DNA of 64,000 bases, taken from the NCBI GenBank assembly GCA_951406725.2, contig OX597822.1, positions 31,248,001 through 31,312,000 on the forward strand, written 5' to 3'. Position 1 is the first letter of the stretch. Every line of letters begins with the position of its first letter. This document shows positions 57,125 through 64,000 of this stretch, in pieces. The notes below the pieces were generated by a model, which made no database searches, was not told where the DNA came from, and worked only from the letters and a program-made list of their open reading frames with translations. The translations under genes and the position numbers were made by a program. This stretch comes from Octopus vulgaris. Its lineage: Eukaryota.

Positions 57125-57905
57125 ACAATATATGATGCTTCTTATGCCGAATTTTTCCCTCAAGACGGTTACACTCAGTCATACATTCACACCGACATTC
57201 CACGTCCGGCGCAGCATACTAATTCAGTCCTTTCAAGTCTTCGCATGTCCTCCGCCGTCACAGCCCATGTTTCAGTGCCATATAGAGTATATAATCTGCC
57301 CTTACTCTGAGGGAGAAACCCTCTGTTGCCAACAAAGTTAGAATCTCACTGAATCTTGCCCAGCCTAATCTTATTCTAGCAGATTCATTCTCGGATCATC
57401 CACCTCGGTCACCTAGATAATGGAAGCTATTAACTATTGTGCATCTGCCACACACAAGGACTATTTTCTCTGTTAAGTCTCCTCTGATATTTCTACAAAT
57501 CTAATGTGTCCATAGCTTGTACCAGGTACACCTTATGGAATGTCTACCTTTTCTCCATAGGAAGCAGGGCCATCTAACTGAAGGGTTTCGTAATTTGTCA
57601 TCTTTTCTACTTACTGAGACTTTGGTTTTCATTACCTTAACTCTAAGTCCCTTTAATTAGAGACCTTGCTTCCACTCATCAAATTTATTCTCTAGTTCTG
57701 GTATGAAAACAAGAGCATCAGCATGGAAGAGCTCCCCGGAGCAGCCCGACTGAAATTCCTGGTATTGCCTGGAGGACTATGATGAACAAGAGGTGGGCTG
57801 AAGACTGAACTCCTAATTTTACACTAAATCCATTACCATACCCATGGCCAACCTTCACCTTTTTGGTAGGACCCTGTACATTGGTTGTATAGTACTCACC
57901 AGTCA
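57125..57905 (-). pseudogene. RTE-clade LINE reverse transcriptase fragment
   Basis: KVKVG..FSVKLGV..LLFIIVLQAI; GLRVKVMKTK; LYGTETWAVTAEDMRRLER. Confidence 0.82.
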
Positions 57906-57929
57906 CTCTTCTCTCTCTCTCTTTCTCTC

Positions 57930-57991
<62 letters not shown>

Positions 57992-58121
57992 TAGATACAC
58001 ACATACATATATATGCATACATGTTAAATATATATACGTGTATGTATATATGTATATATATATATATATATTTATACATACGTAGTCATTCTCACACACA
58101 CAGACACACACACATATATAT

Positions 58122-58687
58122 ATATCTTGTAAATTAAGTATAAATTTTACCTTTAAAGGGATTTTTTAAAAATCCCTTTAAAGGTAAAATTTATACTTAA
58201 TTTACAAGATATGGGCAGAAGAAAAATTCTAATGCCAAATATGCCGAAAGAAAAAAAAATTTTGTCGATAAACATTATAATTTATGCGTCTGGAAACAAA
58301 CCGATAGAAATTTCTAAAAATCATTTTCGATAGGCTGGCCATTGATAAATTTTTTTTCCCGAAAAAAATTTTATCCTATATTAATTATAAATAGATTAGT
58401 GTTCACTTCCGGATTCTATCACTCTGTGAATGTTTCTAGTTCGAATCACACGTGCCTCGAGGTGCGCTGAAGATTTTTCTATTTTGCATATATTTGGGGT
58501 ACTTAAGTCTGCTCAGGACTTAGTGCTTGCTTTTTCCATGGGTATGAGTAAGTATTTCATTTATATCTCGCGTATTTGCCGCTGAAGAGGGGAAAATTTC
58601 TTATGAATTAACCCCGAAATTGGACCAATACGGTAATAACGACTTTTTTAGAGATTTCTATCGGTTTGTTTCGAGACACATAAATTA

Positions 58688-58692
<5 letters not shown>
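58122..58692 (+). mobile_element. Insert flanked by (TA)n with a terminal hairpin (58122-58211), an internal inverted segment and an HHR
   Basis: Hairpin centred ~58167; 58273-58322 is the reverse complement of ~58642-58691. Confidence 0.72.
58576..58636 (+). ncRNA. Type I hammerhead ribozyme (C3-G8)
   Basis: TTGCCG-CTGAAGA-GGGG..CCCC-GAAA-TTGGACCAA-TA-CGGTAA. Confidence 0.8.
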
Positions 58693-58772
<80 letters not shown>

Positions 58773-60102
58773 GTGTGTGTGTGAAAAACAACGACTATAT
58801 TTTCACACATTTGTTCCAGTAAATTAGCTTCATAGTGTCTCGACCCGTGTGTTCCTAGCATGTAACAATAAATAGGTCCTAGGGCTGCACTTAAGAATCG
58901 AAATCCCAGCGATGTGGATGCTAATTACAAACTCAAATCGTAATCAGAAGATTTTGTATTCAAAATTTCAACTTCAAAGCACTTGATTACTTTCACTTTC
59001 GAAATGAATTTCTCTCGTAGCAAATAACTTTTACTTAAATAACCTGCCAACGACAAATTCTTCATATGAATTAAAAGTAAGGATTTAACCAGACAGAAGA
59101 AATTATTTCTGAGAGAATAAATGCACACAACATAAAAGAAATATTCGGTGACAACAACGTATGAATATTTACACAGAATGAAATATTCACACAACACAAG
59201 AACAGACTAATAATTGCTTGTATATACACGCATATTTGTTGATATATATATACATACATACATATACACACACACATATATATATATATATGCGTTTACC
59301 AGCTATGTATGAATGCGTATACATATATGGATATATATGTATGTGTATGTGTGTATACATGTAAATATACTTGTAGCAATAACTTAATCTACCAAGGCAT
59401 ATATGAGTATGTGTGTGTTTGTGTGTATGTATCTATACATATGTGTGTGTATCTATACATATGTGTATATATATATATATATGTATGTATATTCATATCT
59501 TCATTCCTGTTACTTTTTATATTTTTTCTTGTTCCTTCTCTCTTCCTCACAAGCTTAGTATCTGATGTCTTACAATACTGAACAGTTTTATTCGATCAGT
59601 GTCTGTTTGACTAGCAAGTAAGGTGACATCTTGACTACAGGTAATGTGCTTTTAGGAAATAAATTCGATTTCGAATATTTATTCCCTTTAATCCAACAAA
59701 CGTTTAATCATATTATCATCTTTCGCTCTTATCAAAGTTTTACAAGCTCGGTAGTTGCTCACTTGTACATATATCTAATTTAATCTGCAAGGACACGTTT
59801 TCGGGGTGCATTTTCCTTGTAAATATGTGCATAGACACACGAAGACAGAGGGACACACAGACACACACAGAATCACAGGCACATACTTTTTCCAAACGCC
59901 CACACTCATACATATCGGTAAATAGGTAGATAAAATACAGATATATGAAGTAATGTGTACACATATAAACTATAATACGTGTACGTGTGTTTGTGTGTTT
60001 GTGTGTATGTGTTTATTCATACAAACATATATCTGCTACCAAAGTACATGCAAACTCATATGTAAGTGTATCTATTATACAAACATACATATATAAATGT
60101 AA

Positions 60103-60120
60103 ATAATAATAATAATAATG

Positions 60121-60174
<54 letters not shown>

Positions 60175-60203
60175 TTAATAATAATAATAACAATAATAAT
60201 AAT
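60103..60203. repeat. (AAT)n microsatellite
   Basis: Seen directly. Confidence 0.95.
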
Positions 60204-60275
60204 ATCTACCTGTCTGTCTAATATGTTTATTTTTCTGTCTCTATATCTCTGTCTTATTCTTCTCTCTCTTCCTAT

Positions 60276-60342
<67 letters not shown>

Positions 60343-60381
60343 ATATATACAGAGAGTGAAAGACAGGCAGACACGTGCATA

Positions 60382-60442
<61 letters not shown>

Positions 60443-60658
60443 GTATATATATATACATACATACATACGAATGGAAGTAAAACTGTCTGCAGCGTTATGT
60501 ACTTGCTCTAATCATAAAAAGATAAACTAGAAGTTGGTGTGTATTAAAATATGAGAAAATCAACAGAAGCTTCATTTCGCATTTCTATTTATAGATGCAT
60601 ATGTACAAGAGAGCCTGTCATATGTATGTATACATTATATAAATGTGTAAGTGTGGAG

Positions 60659-60691
<33 letters not shown>

Positions 60692-60741
60692 TGTATGTAT
60701 GTATGTATGTATGTATGTATGTATGTATGTATGTATGTATG

Positions 60742-60786
<45 letters not shown>

Positions 60787-61423
60787 TGTCCTCCTTATAA
60801 GCTGACCTTCCTCGCGTTCAGAATATTTTTTGTATCGTCTCGGCTTAACAGCTCTCACCTTTTGTGTTTTTTTGGTTTGTTCTCACTGTCCTGTTCTTGT
60901 TACCAATTTCATCCTCCGCCAAAAATTACAAATTTTCTTGAATTTGCTTTGCGGGAAGGACACTTTCAACGAAGTCGCGTCTTATACTTGCCTTCGGACC
61001 GTGGAGTAGATGAAACAGGGACGACTAAAGAAGAGGAATGTTCTTTATGTCGTATGCCTCGTTTCTTTGTTTTTTCGTTGTTCGACAAAAAGATTTTTTT
61101 TGTTTTTGCTTTATGCTTTCGTTTCTCATTGTTTTCAACTTTATATATGCATATATTTTTATGTTATTTATATTATATTATATTATATTATTTTATATTA
61201 TATTATATTATATTATATTATATTATATCATATTATATTATATTATATATATATATGTATATATACACAACACATATACATGTACATGCTCGTACACGTA
61301 AATATATATGCACTTATGTTCACATACAAATATATAATATATACCTACAAACGCACTCAAACCATATGGATACTTGTTTTTACACACATGCATAAATACA
61401 AATACACATACATGCATATATAC

Positions 61424-61472
<49 letters not shown>

Positions 61473-61489
61473 TTCAAAATGTGACCGCG

Positions 61490-61686
61490 TGTGTACCGTT
61501 GGCAACTTTTTTTCCTCCGTTTTCCGTTCTTTGGATCTTTCCTTTTCCTATGTTTCTGACGAAGAGCTCCGCTCGAAACGTTAAACCCTCCTTCTTTCCT
61601 TTTTTTCTGAGCGTCCAATAATACTATACTTGTTCCACGTCCTCGCGTTGTGTTTTCTCTTTGTGTTTTCATGTTTGGATTAACTT

Positions 61687-61687
<1 letters not shown>
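61490..61687 (+). mobile_element. ~190-bp dispersed repeat with a minimal HHR (61552-61586), ending at (TA)n
   Basis: GTTT-CTGACGA-AGAGCTCCGCTC-GAAA-CG-TT-AAAC. Confidence 0.72.
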
Positions 61688-61754
<67 letters not shown>

Positions 61755-62705
61755 AGCAATGATATACTTTCAGGGACTGTACCTAGGTGTGATTTTAAAT
61801 ATACATAAAAGTAGGAAGATAAGCTCAATCCGGCACACGTACTAATGTTTGGTTGGGGTAAGGGACAGTTTGGTGTTTATTGCATCACTATCAATTATTT
61901 TCCAAGTGATAGATACTAGCTGAAAAAAGTGAAAGAGTGTTTTTTTCAAGGTGTACACCTTTAAACTCTCTCTGTAAACATGTTCACCAGTTTATGTTTG
62001 GAAAATAAATAAGTGGTTTTCTGTTCATGAAATGTGTGTGCAGTATTTAAGTAATTAACAATGTATATGTGTAAGGCAAAAATCCCTACACATCACGTGT
62101 TTTGATCTGAAATCGTTTGCTGAAATTGTAGCGATTGCAGCGGAGAAGACATATATTAGCCATTCAGAGAGCAGATATTGCGTACCAAAGCGTATACAGT
62201 TGTTATCTTTTATCGTACCCTCTGGTGGTTTTACGTCGAAGAGTATTGAAAAATTTAAGAACTTCTGAATAAATTTGATTAAAATAAGATTAGTTTGATA
62301 TTATTTGACGCCATATAATATTCTTGCATATTTATTGTTTCTGAAATGCAAAATTTAAATCGGGAATTCATTATATCGAATGATCTCTCTTAAATTATGA
62401 ACATATATTTACGATAATAGCATATAAATGATTTTTTGTTGATACATTATAACGAACACCGTTCTAATTACTGTTATACTTGATGGCATTTGTATAAATG
62501 TCGTATTCTCGATCGAAATTTCTTTGATCAAATGCATGTTTGATGAATGGCGGTAAACAATTCGGGTAGTTATTTGTATACATTTTTATATGTGTATATT
62601 TATATCAGGCATGGATACATACATACATATATATATATATATCAGGGTATGCATGTATATGTGAAACAAAGTGGGGAAATGGTATACGAATACCGGAGTA
62701 ATATG

Positions 62706-62928
62706 ATTTATTAAAGCTACAAGAACATCACAAAAATCACAAAAAAAAGACGCTACTCAGAGTTTCAAGTTCCCGTTCGTTGGACAGTTTTTTTTTCTGA
62801 GAATCAGTTTTTTTCTTGCAACTGTTTGAATAATGAGATTCTCAATCCGAACTGTGCGACGAACGGGAAAAAGGAACTCTGAGTACAGCTTTCTTTTGTA
62901 ATATTTTTGCAGCTTTAATCATAATATA
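62706..62928. repeat. Decayed fold-back with degenerate HHR-like motifs
   Basis: TACTCAGAGTTTC..TTCCCGTTCGTTGGACAGTT vs AACTGTGCGACGAACGGGAA..ACTCTGAGTA. Confidence 0.55.
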
Positions 62929-64000
62929 TATACACACACATATTCATACACACATATACATATATATATACGTGTGTATATTATGTGTGTATGGTATGTG
63001 TGTAGGCGTGCGGGTGGAGTGTTTTGTTATATATACACGTACACACATAAGTATATACATACACGTACATATTGCTTAACATGGATACATACGTTCGATA
63101 TTAGTGATGCATTCTTCTCTTTTTCTTTTCAAGTAGAATTTTGCAAGCTTTTTGTAAATATTGTTTCGAAATAATTTATATTGGAATATACATTTTAGAT
63201 GTGATCACTTGAAAGTTCAATGTTTACACCCTCCCCTTGGCCCGATAAATTTTCTCTTGTTTTATTCTGGAAATCTATTTTCCTTTGTGGGGAAATCCCC
63301 ATTCGGTTTTTGTCTCTATTGAATAATGTTGCAATATTCTACGGTTCCAGCTGTATCCGTTTTATAATCAGATTCCACTGACCATGTTATGTATATTCTC
63401 ATACGATCATTTATAATACTTAGCTTTACTTTTATGAGTGGAACTGATTAGATTATAAAACAATTCTTCGCGGACGAGGATGAAATAGTCATCTACTAAT
63501 ATCTATAAAGACATAACACTTGTTATTTGTTTAAATTGTATATAACGTTTATGGATCTCAAAACCTACACTGAGCAATGGAAGAAAACACATGATACCTG
63601 GAATGCAACGCTGATCGTCGTATAATTCTAGTCTGCTGTGCAAAGAGAGATACATCAAATAATGTTATGCGCATAACTAGAGAAACAAATCCGTGAGACA
63701 TTCCTGATCGTTCACGGGTGTAGTACCGTGTTTTAGTAGTAATTGTCTAGAGCTGACGTGTGTGTAAGAATAACAGACACAGTAAGGTTTAGACAGTAGC
63801 AATTGTCATGGACTTTTATATTACATTTGATAGTTTAAACAGCGCGCTAAACTACAGTAACAATCGTCCCATCAAGGACAGCCACATTATGTTGGCAAAG
63901 AGTCTTTAATTTAAAGAACTGTTACCAAATATCTTTCATTGTGAGATTTAAAAATAATGATGCTTCTATTTATTAGATCAGTGATTGTGTGTCACTTTGA

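Overview
This is AT-rich, microsatellite-saturated animal DNA, not prokaryotic. The SINE families and the (TA)n/(CA)n/(TATC)n load look like a coleoid cephalopod (Octopus-like); that assignment is an inference. No host exon can be supported, and almost all ORF-track entries are microsatellite artefacts. The window is made of transposon debris: decayed Tc1/mariner, piggyBac, Helitron, RTE and R4/Dong-like LINE fragments, several tRNA-derived SINE families, and two Penelope-like (PLE) GIY-YIG endonuclease remnants. The main signal not in the ORF track is about 20 type I hammerhead ribozyme (HHR) motifs, read by eye, from roughly a dozen distinct sequence families. Nearly all sit in short non-coding inserts embedded in (TA)n tracts, often as fold-back palindromes or tandem arrays (583-nt and 360-nt monomers, retrozyme-like). 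Their cores covary at the 3-8 tertiary pair (C3-G8, U3-A8, G3-C8). Coordinates and folds were determined manually and need computational confirmation.
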